Source: an uncultured bacterium (lineage in GTDB: Bacteria; Krumholzibacteriota; Krumholzibacteriia; JACNKJ01). From it: a stretch of 64,000 nucleotides of DNA. Each line of letters starts with the position of its first letter. Position 1 is the first letter of the stretch. Location of the stretch: contig CAYPGS010000014.1 of NCBI GenBank assembly GCA_964410395.1, positions 11,771-75,770 of the forward strand, read 5' to 3'. The translations under genes were made by a program, and so were the position numbers. The notes under the pieces were generated by a model. That model saw nothing but the letters and a program-made list of their open reading frames with translations. It ran no database searches and was not told the DNA's origin. Shown here in pieces: positions 9,501 through 17,990 of this stretch.

Positions 9501-9954
9501 CGAGTGCGCAGTGGGCGAGTACGATTGGCTCGACATCAACTTCAACTGCGCGGGACTGGAACCCGGCGACTACGTGGCCAACATCGTCATCGAGCACAAT
9601 GCGCCGGGCGACGATGTGGTCCTGCCGGTGACCCTGCACGTGCTCAGCGGCGGCACGGATGTGGACGAGATCCCCGCCATGCTGCTGCTCAAGGGCAACT
9701 ACCCGAATCCCTTCAACCCGAAGACCACCATCCGCTTCGCCCTTCCCGATGAGAAGGACGTGAGCCTGGAGGTCTTCGACGTGAACGGACGGAAGGTGGC
9801 GACCCTGCTGGACGGCCTCATGGACGCCGGCGAGCACCACGTGGTCTGGAACGGCACCGACGCTTCCGGACGCACTCTGCCCAGCGGCCTGTACTTCTAC
9901 AAGTTGAACACGGGCACCGAGCAGCGTACGAGCAAGATGCTCATGTTGAAATAG
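6541..9954 (+). CDS. Peptidase C25 (gingipain-like) cysteine protease with Ig-like domains and CTD
   Basis: Signal peptide MRKGLLVFLSALLAMSALAVA, a gingipain-type propeptide region, catalytic His context YVNYTAHGSQTSW and Cys context CLAVGNCCLTS. The CTD is NPFNPKTTIRFALP...SGLYFYKL...SKMLMLK. Confidence 0.9.
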   Translation: MRKGLLVFLSALLAMSALAVAEGVRIPLDAPSTSLQLLSDRGDALTFRAEIGALEAMEVATPEGLFTRLSIPGFHSSKVEGAPELPQMNRLYEIPYGAATRLEILSSETTTLSLADYGFEHRVMPAQPSMPKNADPATWPFIYDAASYGSDRVAYELVKSVDLGRMRAVDLGRVELAPVEYYPQSGELVVYTSVEFTLHFEGGDPMAGAELKAATHSPFFDHLYENIDGYRGFHEGYPDRVRDLVTLVVIVPAEFEAYIGDYVAWKTQRGFNVVVGVIGSPEVGSTTSTIQSYIHDLYNNGTPHEPAPSFVVFIGDVAQCPTFQMSGDATDRPYCDVEGDLVPDIYYGRLSATNPTQLQAILDKTMMYDQFTMPDPAYLGEVCLIAGVDSWYASTHGNGQINYGTEHYFNSAHGIYSHTYLYPASGSSGSQIIQNVSDGVAYVNYTAHGSQTSWSDPSFTQSNVNGLNNYGEYCLAVGNCCLTSTYDYGECFAETWLRASGKGAIGYIGGSNNTYWDEDYWWGVGYHPSSQINGTAWPYESTGMGAYDGIFHDHGEAMEQWYVTNDAIIFSGNLAVMESGSSRITYYWNIYNLMGDPSLSTYMGVPGANPVDHADFISGEATEFTVDAAPGSYVGLTQDGALAGAGTIGATGTADIEVWNISPTGGDLSIVVMMQNYEPYMATIPVGYVEQPAIVVTEDYFDVELSIGGTAVRDFGIGNEGEAGSNLAYEISIVDPTLPRGSDRSVAGSTLTADPGSYDPGTTETFTLTVYNASTDTEWLSEVTLDFDTGVNVISSTNFVGGSAGDLVTNNATGDGARLVWSDPDGGWGQIYGGESATCTVVLEFNGGLMGDLEVPYGIQGDIYGSDPHYIEGLMVLEGPTGPGVTVVSPNGDELWPIGGPQIIQWNWTDVIATVDIELSRNNGLSWETLASGVSNTGSYMWTVEGPFSTSCFVRVTAPAEGVSDTSDAPFCIYQPLTWIDMPVMAGECAVGEYDWLDINFNCAGLEPGDYVANIVIEHNAPGDDVVLPVTLHVLSGGTDVDEIPAMLLLKGNYPNPFNPKTTIRFALPDEKDVSLEVFDVNGRKVATLLDGLMDAGEHHVVWNGTDASGRTLPSGLYFYKLNTGTEQRTSKMLMLK

Positions 9955-9959
9955 GAGTC

Positions 9960-10038
9960 GGGGAGGGTACGGCTCCCTCCCCTCCTTCCGCTTCGAAAGT
10001 CAGTCGGGGAGGGCCCGTTCCCTCCCCGACTTCTTTTC
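9960..10038 (+). terminator. Double-hairpin 3' element A (hairpin 1, linker, terminator hairpin 2 plus T-run)
   Basis: Hairpin 1 is GGGGAGGG-tacggct-CCCTCCCC (9960-9982). The linker is tccttccgcttcgaaagtca. Hairpin 2 is GTCGGGGAGGG-cccgtt-CCCTCCCCGAC (10003-10030), followed by TTCTTTTC. Confidence 0.65.
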
Positions 10039-10166
10039 AACTCCGAGAACTCCGCCACTAGACTGTCGTGTGATTTTTCTGACGGCGCGAGAGGGGGGTA
10101 TGGGCCCCAGTACTCCCTTTCAGGCATTCCGTGGTAATTTCGTGATTTATCAGCAGGAATTACTCG

Positions 10167-10196
10167 TTGAATCGGCCTCAGGCGACTTGCTATAAT
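10167..10196 (+). promoter_or_regulatory. Sigma70-like promoter with extended -10 for C25 peptidase 2
   Basis: TTGAAT-N18-TATAAT preceded by TGc (TGcTATAAT). It lies inside the N-terminal extension of ORF 10167, which argues for the ATG at 10260 as the true start. Confidence 0.5.
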
Positions 10197-10259
10197 GGTG
10201 GGGACGGGCCGCGATCGTGGCCCTTTTACTCGGGCACGTCTCTGAAAACTGGGGGAAAC

Positions 10260-12851
10260 ATGTTCAGGAAAGCGCTTTTCCCGCTTCTCTCTCTTTGTCT
10301 ATTGGCAGGCTCCGCTCTCGCCGCTCCCGTGCAGATCCACGATGCGCCGACGCCCTACACCATCACGGTGCTGGAGTCGGACCTGGATCGCACGGTCATC
10401 GAGTACCGGATAAACTCCTTCGATCTGAACCCCATCCAGATCCGGGGCGATGACTACCATCAGGTGAATCTGGCCAGCCGGGCCCATCACCTCCTGGCCG
10501 GCCTGCCGCAGCTTCCGACTCTCCGTGAGTCCATCATCATTCCCGGGGACGCGCGCATGGAAGTGACCGTCCTCGAGTCGCAGTATCGCGACTTCGCGGA
10601 CGTCGCCGTTGCGCCGTCGAAGGGATCGATCACGCGCAACCTCGATCCCGGAATGATCGACTACAGCTTCGATGCCTTTTACGGCGGCGACGCTTGGTTC
10701 CCGTCCGAGCTGGCCAAGCTGGATGAGCCCTACATCCTGCGCGATCACCGCGGCGTGGTGGTGGAGCTCAACGCCTTCAGCTACAATCCCGCCGGCGAGA
10801 CGCTCCGCGTCTACGACCGCGTGGTGGTTGAAGTGAAGAGCGCCGGTCCCGGACAGGTCAACGTGCTCAGCCAGGCTCCCGTGCGCGGCGCCGGCGAGTT
10901 CGAGAAGATCTACGACCGCCACTTCCTGAACTTCGAGAACGCCGACCGCTACACTTCCGTGCCCGAGGTCGGCAACATGGTCGTGATCTACTACGACGCC
11001 TTCGAATCGCAGATCCAGCCCCTGGTGGACTGGAAGAACCAGATGGGCATTCCCACCGAGATGTTCCCCATCTCTTCGGTGGGTTCCAACGGCTCCCAGA
11101 TCAAGAGCTGGGTGCAGAACTACTACGACACCTACGGCCTCTGCTTCATCCTGCTGGTGGGTGACGGTCCCCAGATTCCCTTCCTGACCAACGACGGCGG
11201 CGCGAGCGATCCTTCACTGGGTCTCCTGGCCGGCGGCGACGACTATCCGGAAGCCTTCGTGGGACGCATCTCCGCGCAGAACGCGGGCGAGGTCGAGACC
11301 CAGGTCACCAAGGCCATCGAGTACGAGCGCGACGCCCAGGACGGCGCCGACTGGTACCACAAGGGTACCGGCATCGGATCAGCCGAGGGCTCGGGCATCG
11401 GCGACGATGGCGAGTCGGACTGGCAGCATCAGAACAACATCCGCACCGACCTGCTGAACTTCACTTACAGCCACGTGGATCAGATCTACGATCCGGGCGC
11501 CACCTCGAGCGAGGTCGCCACGGCGGTGAACAACGGCCGGAGCTTCATGAACTATACCGGGCACGGCAGCACCACGGCCTGGTCGACCTCGGGCTTCTCC
11601 AACAGCAACGTGAACGCCCTGGTCAACGACAACATGCTGCCCTTCATCGTCAGCGTGGCCTGCGTGAACGGCAACTTTCCCTACAGCACCTGCTTCGCCG
11701 AGGCCTGGCTGCGCGCAACCAACGGCGGCGAGCCCAGCGGCGCGGTGGCCATGTACGCGTCCACCGTGAACCAGCAGTGGGCTCCGCCCATGTGCGCCCA
11801 GGACGAGATCGTCGACCTGCTCGTGGCCGAGGAAAAACGCACCTTCGGCGCGCTCTGCTTCAACGGCTCCTGCCAGATGATGGACGAGTACGGCTACAAC
11901 GGCCGCACCGAGTTCAAGAACTGGACCATCTTCGGCGATCCCAGCCTGCGCGTTCGCACCGACACGCCGAGCAGTTTCACCGTGAGTCATGACGGCAGCG
12001 TGGATCCGGGCGCCGCGACCTTCACGGTCAACACCGAGCCTGGCGCTCTTGCCGCTCTGAGCTTCGGCGGCACCTTCCACGGTTCGGCCTTCGCCGACGG
12101 TTCCGGCGTGGCGGTCATCGACATCGTGGGCAGCCTGCCCGAAGACGACGACGTGACCCTCACGGTCAGCGCCTTCAACAAGTTCACCCACGTGGAAGCC
12201 GTGCCCACCAGCTCGCCGCTCATCCCCTTCTGCGAGGTGACGCCGAGTTCGCTGAGTCGCATCATGCCGCCCAACGAGGTGGGCACCGATTGGCTGACCA
12301 TCCACAACAGCGGCGTCGAGGGCTCGGTGCTCAGCTACGCCGTCGAGGTGCTCGGCTTCGATACGAGTTGGCTGAGCTGCCCCGCGGACTGCGCGGGCGA
12401 TATCCCGTCTGGCGAGACTGTGGATGTTCAGGTGACCTACAACACCGCCGGCATGGGTGACGGCACCTACAACGCCTCGATCAGCGTGGCGAACAACGCG
12501 CCGGGCGGCTCGGTGCTGGTGCCCGTGCAGCTCATCATTAGCGCCGATGGCACCGATGCCGTGGATATCCCCAACCGCGTGGTGCTGGGGCAGAATCATC
12601 CGAATCCCTTCAATCCGAAGACGAGCATCAGCTTCGCGCTTCCCTCCGCTGGCGCGGCACGTCTGGAGATCTTCTCCACAGACGGTCGTCGCGTGAACAC
12701 GCTCGTCGATGGAATCATGGAAGCGGGCTCCCATGTGGTGATCTGGGACGGCACCGATGGCGCCGGCCAGCCCGCGCCTTCCGGCATCTACTTCTACCGC
12801 CTGGTCACCGACGAGCTGACCGAGACCAAGAAGATGATGATGCTCAAATAG
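10260..12851 (+). CDS. Peptidase C25 (gingipain-like) cysteine protease with CTD
   Basis: Start at MFRKALFPLLSLCLLAGSALA (signal peptide). Catalytic contexts FMNYTGHGSTTAW and FIVSVACVNGNF closely match gingipain His/Cys motifs. The CTD is NPFNPKTSISFALP...SGIYFYRL...KKMMMLK. Confidence 0.9.
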   Translation: MFRKALFPLLSLCLLAGSALAAPVQIHDAPTPYTITVLESDLDRTVIEYRINSFDLNPIQIRGDDYHQVNLASRAHHLLAGLPQLPTLRESIIIPGDARMEVTVLESQYRDFADVAVAPSKGSITRNLDPGMIDYSFDAFYGGDAWFPSELAKLDEPYILRDHRGVVVELNAFSYNPAGETLRVYDRVVVEVKSAGPGQVNVLSQAPVRGAGEFEKIYDRHFLNFENADRYTSVPEVGNMVVIYYDAFESQIQPLVDWKNQMGIPTEMFPISSVGSNGSQIKSWVQNYYDTYGLCFILLVGDGPQIPFLTNDGGASDPSLGLLAGGDDYPEAFVGRISAQNAGEVETQVTKAIEYERDAQDGADWYHKGTGIGSAEGSGIGDDGESDWQHQNNIRTDLLNFTYSHVDQIYDPGATSSEVATAVNNGRSFMNYTGHGSTTAWSTSGFSNSNVNALVNDNMLPFIVSVACVNGNFPYSTCFAEAWLRATNGGEPSGAVAMYASTVNQQWAPPMCAQDEIVDLLVAEEKRTFGALCFNGSCQMMDEYGYNGRTEFKNWTIFGDPSLRVRTDTPSSFTVSHDGSVDPGAATFTVNTEPGALAALSFGGTFHGSAFADGSGVAVIDIVGSLPEDDDVTLTVSAFNKFTHVEAVPTSSPLIPFCEVTPSSLSRIMPPNEVGTDWLTIHNSGVEGSVLSYAVEVLGFDTSWLSCPADCAGDIPSGETVDVQVTYNTAGMGDGTYNASISVANNAPGGSVLVPVQLIISADGTDAVDIPNRVVLGQNHPNPFNPKTSISFALPSAGAARLEIFSTDGRRVNTLVDGIMEAGSHVVIWDGTDGAGQPAPSGIYFYRLVTDELTETKKMMMLK

Positions 12852-12857
12852 AACACT

Positions 12858-12940
12858 GGGAAGGGCCGAGCCCCTTTCCCTCGTTCCAGATTCGAATGTC
12901 ACTCGGAGAGGGGCTCAGCCCTTCTCCGTTTTCTTTTTAA
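12858..12940 (+). terminator. Double-hairpin 3' element B
   Basis: Hairpin 1 is GGGAAGGGCCGAGCCCCTTTCCC (12858-12880). The linker is TCGTTCCAGATTCGAATGTCACT. Hairpin 2 is CGGAGAGGGGC-tca-GCCCTTCTCCG (12904-12928), followed by TTTTCTTTTT. Confidence 0.7.
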
Positions 12941-13012
12941 GGGCATCCTCGACTCACATGAGGTCGGGGCGAAGTCTCGCACTATTCGGAGTGGTCGGTC
13001 CTGTATCGGAAA

Positions 13013-13021
13013 TGGTAGAAT
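13013..13021 (+). promoter_or_regulatory. Extended -10 element (TGgTAGAAT) upstream of M14 peptidase 1
   Basis: TGgTAGAAT lies 36 nt upstream of the ATG at 13057. The -35 position carries GTGGTCG, which is also conserved upstream of the paralogue. Confidence 0.4.
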
Positions 13022-13056
13022 AGTGAAGGATATTCGGCCCTATCTGGGAGGGGAAA

Positions 13057-15420
13057 ATGCGCCTGATCCTAACCGCAATCCTCATGGTCATCGCGATCTG
13101 CGCGACGGCGGAGGAAGTCGAGCACCTGTCTCTCGTTCGCTACTACTACGAAACGCCGTCCGACTTCGAGTGGATGGAAGCCAATCATCTCAGATTCCAG
13201 ATCGAAGCCGGAAGGGTGGGTGATTTCATTGACATCGCCGTCCGGCCTTCAGAGGTCGCCGAGATCATGGCGGCCGGATCCCGTGTGGAACTCCTAGCCG
13301 AAAAAGCTCACGAGCACTATGCCGCCCAGATGGAAACCTCGGGCGACCGTGACCTATGGGGCTACTTCCACACCTACTCCGAGGCCATCGCCCACATGGA
13401 CAGCCTGCACATGCTCTACCCGGACATCGTCAGCGAGAAGTGGTCCATCGGTCAGGGGCACAACGGCTATCACATCTACGTCTACAAGATCTCAGACAAC
13501 CCCGACATCGATGAACCGGGAGAGCCCGAGGTACTCTTCGACGGACTCCATCACGCCAACGAGATCATGGGACTGGAAGTCATCCTGATGCTCTCGGACT
13601 ACCTGGCGGAGGAATACTACGCGGGCAACACCGAGATCATGGATCTCGTGAACGGCAACGACATCTACATGATCCCCTTCGTGAACCCCGACGGCCTGGT
13701 CTACAACGAGGAGACCTATCCCGGCGGCGGCGCCACCTGGCGCAAGAACCGCCGGAACAACGGCAGTTCCTACGGCGTCGACCTGAATCGCAACTACGGC
13801 TACGAGTGGGGGTGCTCCTGGGGCAGCAGCGGCACACCCTCCGATCCCACCTATCGCGGGCCCGCCGCCGAAAGCGAGCCGGAGATCCAGGCGATGGTCG
13901 CCTTCATCGACTCGCGCGAGTTCATCGTGCACCAGAGCTATCACTCCTCGGGCAACATGACCCTGTTTCCCTGGGGCTACACCACGAACCCGACCCCCGA
14001 CGACGCCCTGTTCAACGAAATCGCCGCGGTCATGTGCTCGGAGAACGGCTACGCCTATGGCCAGCCCGGCGAGATTCTCTACGACGTCTGCGGCGGCACC
14101 TTCGACTGGACCTACGGCGACGTGGAGTTCCACGAGAAGATCTACAGCTTCTCCAACGAGCTGGGCTCATCCCAGTGGCCCAGCCAGAGCCAGCGGCAGA
14201 TCATCTTCGACGACAATCTCATGCCGGCGCTCTATCTCATCGAGATCGCCGCCAGTCTGAGGTCGGTGTCCTTCGATCACGCTCAGCTGCCCTTCACCGC
14301 CGACTATCTCAGCAGCTACGAGGTCGAGGCGACGGCCTACGGCTATGGCGGTGCGGCCATCGATGAGTCCACCGCGAAGCTGTTCTACCGCCTGGACGGC
14401 GGGTTCTTCACCGAAGTGCTCATGGACGCCGCCGGCGGAGACGTGTTCACGGCGAGCATTCCCCCGCAGAGCCAGGGCACGGCCATCGAGTACTACCTCT
14501 ACGCCGAGGACGTCGACGGCAACAGCGGCGTGCATCCCTTCGGCGCGCCGGAGACCCTCAACTACTTCGAGACCGGCGAGAGCTTCACCCATCCCATGGA
14601 GGCCGATCGCGGTTGGACCAAGGGCGCCGAGGACGATGACGCCAGCACCGGCATCTGGGTGCGCGTGGATCCCATCGGCACCAACTGTCAGCCCGAGGAC
14701 GACCACAGCGCCGACGGCACGGATTGCTGGGTCACCGGCCAGCATCAGGCGGGCCAGAGCGATGGCTACAACGACGTGGACAGCGGCAAGACCACGCTGT
14801 TCAGCCCCGTCTACGACATGACCGGCGCCGAATCCCTGACCTTCGGCTACTGGAAGTGGTACTCCAACGACCAGGGCAGCGATCCCGGCAACGACTACTG
14901 GGACGTGGACCTCGCCAACGACGGCAACTGGGCCGTGCTCGAGCACGACAACGTTTCCACCAACGCCTGGGTGGAGAAGAACTATGACTTCTTCGACTAC
15001 TTCGGAACGCCGGGGCTCGTGCAGTTGCGCTTCGTGGCATCCGATGAGGGATCGGGCTCTCTGGTCGAGGGCGGCGTGGACGACTTCTTCATCGCCGGCG
15101 TCTTCGACGCCACCGGCGTGGACGACGGCGCGACCCTGCCCTTCCGCGTGAGTCTGGCGCAGAACGTGCCGAATCCCTTCAACCCGAAGACCGACATCTC
15201 CTTCGCCCTGACGAAGACGGGACCGGTCAGCCTGAAGGTCTACGACGTGGCCGGACGCCTGCTCGCGGTGCTCGTGGATGATGTCCTCGCCGCCGGCGAG
15301 CATGCCGCCACCTGGAACGGCCGCGACATGGAAGGGCGCACCCAGTCCAGCGGCGTGTACTTCTATCAGCTGCAGGCCGAGGGCAAGGTCATGGCGAAGA
15401 GGATGGTGATTCTGAAGTAG
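13057..15420 (+). CDS. Peptidase M14 zinc carboxypeptidase with jelly-roll-like domain and CTD
   Basis: Signal peptide, zinc site HHANEIMG (HxxE), WRKNRRNN, VDLNRNY, SYHSSGN (third Zn ligand) and FSNELG (catalytic Glu). The CTD is NPFNPKTDISFAL...SGVYFYQL...KRMVILK. Confidence 0.9.
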   Translation: MRLILTAILMVIAICATAEEVEHLSLVRYYYETPSDFEWMEANHLRFQIEAGRVGDFIDIAVRPSEVAEIMAAGSRVELLAEKAHEHYAAQMETSGDRDLWGYFHTYSEAIAHMDSLHMLYPDIVSEKWSIGQGHNGYHIYVYKISDNPDIDEPGEPEVLFDGLHHANEIMGLEVILMLSDYLAEEYYAGNTEIMDLVNGNDIYMIPFVNPDGLVYNEETYPGGGATWRKNRRNNGSSYGVDLNRNYGYEWGCSWGSSGTPSDPTYRGPAAESEPEIQAMVAFIDSREFIVHQSYHSSGNMTLFPWGYTTNPTPDDALFNEIAAVMCSENGYAYGQPGEILYDVCGGTFDWTYGDVEFHEKIYSFSNELGSSQWPSQSQRQIIFDDNLMPALYLIEIAASLRSVSFDHAQLPFTADYLSSYEVEATAYGYGGAAIDESTAKLFYRLDGGFFTEVLMDAAGGDVFTASIPPQSQGTAIEYYLYAEDVDGNSGVHPFGAPETLNYFETGESFTHPMEADRGWTKGAEDDDASTGIWVRVDPIGTNCQPEDDHSADGTDCWVTGQHQAGQSDGYNDVDSGKTTLFSPVYDMTGAESLTFGYWKWYSNDQGSDPGNDYWDVDLANDGNWAVLEHDNVSTNAWVEKNYDFFDYFGTPGLVQLRFVASDEGSGSLVEGGVDDFFIAGVFDATGVDDGATLPFRVSLAQNVPNPFNPKTDISFALTKTGPVSLKVYDVAGRLLAVLVDDVLAAGEHAATWNGRDMEGRTQSSGVYFYQLQAEGKVMAKRMVILK

Positions 15421-15467
15421 AAGGCGGGGGCGCAGGCTCACCCATCAGAGAGCTTCGCAAGTCGTTC

Positions 15468-15495
15468 GGGGAGGGCCTCTGCCCTCCCCTTTCTC
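15468..15495 (+). terminator. Intrinsic terminator (element C; hairpin 1 degenerate)
   Basis: GGGGAGGGC-ctct-GCCCTCCCC followed by TTTCTC. The upstream linker agcttcgcaagtcgttc resembles the linkers of elements A, B and D. Confidence 0.65.
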
Positions 15496-15593
15496 ATCAT
15501 TCCCGCCTATGCCGGGAGCTCTGTAAGATCTGAAATCCTAGCTAGTTGCATCTTCCCATTTCACTTTCTCGGTGGTCGATATGGGGGTATTTC

Positions 15594-15602
15594 TGGTATA
15601 AT
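15594..15602 (+). promoter_or_regulatory. Extended -10 element (TGgTATAAT) upstream of M14 peptidase 2
   Basis: TGgTATAAT lies 35 nt upstream of the ATG at 15637. The leader ...ctcggcccattcctggaggcaaaaATG is conserved with the leader of 13057. Confidence 0.45.
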
Positions 15603-15636
15603 TAACGAGAAACTCGGCCCATTCCTGGAGGCAAAA

Positions 15637-17985
15637 ATGCGTCTGATTCTTAGCACAGTCCTCGTGTTCATCTCCATTGCGGCCTTCGCCATGGAAGAGC
15701 ACAGCATGATCCGCGTCCATCTCGATACCGAGAGCGCCCAGCAGTACATGGACGAGAACCGCACCCACTACGACATCGTCGATGGCCGAAGGGGCCGCTG
15801 GGTAGAGATCGTCGCCCTTGACGAGGAAATCCTGGAACTTCAGAACAATGGGCTTCGTGTCGAAACGCTTCAGAAGAACCTGGAGAGCTTCTACGCTTCC
15901 CAGTACGTGAGCTCTCGAAGCAACTTCGGCATCTACCACACCTATCCAGAAATGGTGGAGTTCGTCGACAGCTTGCGCATGCGTTTTCCGGATGTGATCA
16001 GCGAGAAGTGGTCCATCGGTCAGAGCCTCGAGGGCAACGAGATCTGGTGCTTCAAGGTCTCCGACAATCCCGACGTGGACGAGGACGAGCCCGAGATCCT
16101 CTTCGACGCCATGCACCACGCACGGGAGATCATGGCCGGTGAGATGTGCATCATGCTCGGCGAGTACCTAGGCGAGAACTATGGCGTGGATCCCGAGATC
16201 ACCCAGCTCGTGGATGAGCGCGAGATATTCATCATCCCCATGGGTAATCCCGACGGCGTGCTATACAACGAGCAGATCCAACCTCAGGGCGGTGGCATGT
16301 GGCGGAAGAATCGCCGCGACAACGGTGACGGAACCTGGGGCGTGGACCTCAACCGGAACTACCCCTATGAGTGGGGTTGCAGCTGGGGCAGCAGCGGCTA
16401 TCCTGGCGACGAAACCTATCGTGGTCCCTCGCCCGCCAGCGAGCCCGAGACTCAGCACTTCATCAACTTCATCAACGAACGCCATTTCACCATCCGCCAG
16501 AGCATCCACACCTATGGCGACCTAACGCTCTACCCCTGGGGTTACACCACCTCCGACACGCCGGACGAGGAGCTCTTCCGGGAGATGGGCGAGCAGATGA
16601 CCATGTATAATGGTTACACTCCCGGGCAGCCCGGCGACGTGCTCTATGACGTATGCGGCGGCACCTTCGACTGGGACTACGGCGCTCAGGACGAACACGA
16701 GAAGATCTATGGCTTCACCAACGAGATCGGTCACAGTTTCTGGCCCTCCGAAAGCAATCGTCAGCCCTACTTCGAGGAAAACGTCTGGCCGGCCATCTAC
16801 CTGATAAGCATGGCGGGCAACCTGACCAACGTGACCTTCGAGCACGATCCGCTGCCCTTCACCGCCAATTACGTCAGCAGCTATCAGGTGGATGCCACGC
16901 CTATCGGCTACGCCGACGCGGAAATCGTTGATGGCAGTGTGAAGCTGAACTACCGGGTCGATGGGGGAGCCTTCAACGAAGTGACCATGATCGATGCCGG
17001 AGGCGGCATCTTTACCGCCAGCATCCCTGCTCAGGTGCAGGGTTCGGCGGTGGAGTACTACCTCTACGCGGAGGACGTGAGTGGCAACGACGGCACCGCG
17101 CCCTTCAACGCTCCCGGCGATCTCTTCTACTTCGAGACTGGTGAGAGCTTCGTCCATCCCATGGAGGCCGACCGCGGCTGGACCAAGGGAGCGGCGGACG
17201 ATGATGCGGGCACGGGCATCTGGACACGTGTGGACCCGAATCCCACCGACGCCCAGCCTGGCGACGATCATAGTGCCGACGGAACTCATTGCTGGGTGAC
17301 CGGTCAGCATCAGGTGGGCGACGGTATCGGCGCCAACGACGTGGACGGTGGCAAGACCACCCTCTTCAGCCCCGTCTACGACATGACCGGCGCCGAATCC
17401 CTGACCTTCGGCTACTGGAAGTGGTACTCCAACGACAAGGGCAACGATCCCAACAACGACTACTGGGACGTGGATCTGGCCAACGACGACAGCTGGGTGG
17501 TTCTCGAGCACACCATGAGCTCGACCAATGCCTGGGTGGAGATGAACTACGACTTCTTCTCCTACTTCGGAACGCCGGGGCTCGTTCAGCTTCGTTTCGT
17601 GGCGAGCGACGAGGGCTCCGGCTCCATCGTAGAGGCTGCCGTGGACGACTTCTTCATCGCCGGCGTCTTCGACGCCACCGGCGTGGAGGACGGCGAAACC
17701 CTACCCTTCCGCGTAAGCCTGGCGCAGAACGTGCCCAACCCCTTCAACCCGAAGACCGACATCTCCTTCGCCCTCACGAAGTCCGGTCCCGTGACCCTCA
17801 AAGTCTACGACATCGCGGGCCGCCTTCTCTCGGTGCTGGTGGATGATGTCCTCGAAGCCGGCGATCACGCGACTACCTGGAACGGCCGCGACATGGACGG
17901 CCGCGCCCAGTCCAGCGGCGTGTACTTCTATCAGCTGCAGGCCGAGGGCAAGGTCATGGCGAAGAGGATGGTGATCTTGAAATAG
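15637..17985 (+). CDS. Peptidase M14 zinc carboxypeptidase with CTD (tandem paralogue of 13057..15420)
   Basis: Same motif set: HHAREIMAG, WRKNRRDN, VDLNRNY, SIHTYGD and FTNEIG. The CTD is identical in its last residues (KRMVILK). Confidence 0.9.
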   Translation: MRLILSTVLVFISIAAFAMEEHSMIRVHLDTESAQQYMDENRTHYDIVDGRRGRWVEIVALDEEILELQNNGLRVETLQKNLESFYASQYVSSRSNFGIYHTYPEMVEFVDSLRMRFPDVISEKWSIGQSLEGNEIWCFKVSDNPDVDEDEPEILFDAMHHAREIMAGEMCIMLGEYLGENYGVDPEITQLVDEREIFIIPMGNPDGVLYNEQIQPQGGGMWRKNRRDNGDGTWGVDLNRNYPYEWGCSWGSSGYPGDETYRGPSPASEPETQHFINFINERHFTIRQSIHTYGDLTLYPWGYTTSDTPDEELFREMGEQMTMYNGYTPGQPGDVLYDVCGGTFDWDYGAQDEHEKIYGFTNEIGHSFWPSESNRQPYFEENVWPAIYLISMAGNLTNVTFEHDPLPFTANYVSSYQVDATPIGYADAEIVDGSVKLNYRVDGGAFNEVTMIDAGGGIFTASIPAQVQGSAVEYYLYAEDVSGNDGTAPFNAPGDLFYFETGESFVHPMEADRGWTKGAADDDAGTGIWTRVDPNPTDAQPGDDHSADGTHCWVTGQHQVGDGIGANDVDGGKTTLFSPVYDMTGAESLTFGYWKWYSNDKGNDPNNDYWDVDLANDDSWVVLEHTMSSTNAWVEMNYDFFSYFGTPGLVQLRFVASDEGSGSIVEAAVDDFFIAGVFDATGVEDGETLPFRVSLAQNVPNPFNPKTDISFALTKSGPVTLKVYDIAGRLLSVLVDDVLEAGDHATTWNGRDMDGRAQSSGVYFYQLQAEGKVMAKRMVILK

Positions 17986-17990
17986 GCAAA

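Noticed and set aside
6643-9840. 1065-aa ORF antisense to the C25 peptidase gene. Similar very long antisense or overlapping ORFs occur at 61406..63982 (-), 18542..20803 (-), 50013..51683 (+), 57829..59442 (+), 59743..61416 (+), 4265..5431 (+), 41647..42816 (+) and 47323..48624 (+).
   Set aside because: These translations are low-complexity and rich in Arg, Ala, Gly, Val, His and Asp, with no motifs. Each lies exactly opposite a gene with clear family signatures. Stop-poor antisense frames are the expected shadow-ORF artefact in GC-rich DNA.
10167-10259. Upstream start (10167) for the second C25 peptidase.
   Set aside because: The predicted promoter (-35 at 10167, -10 at 10191) lies inside this extension. 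The signal peptide begins only at the ATG at 10260.
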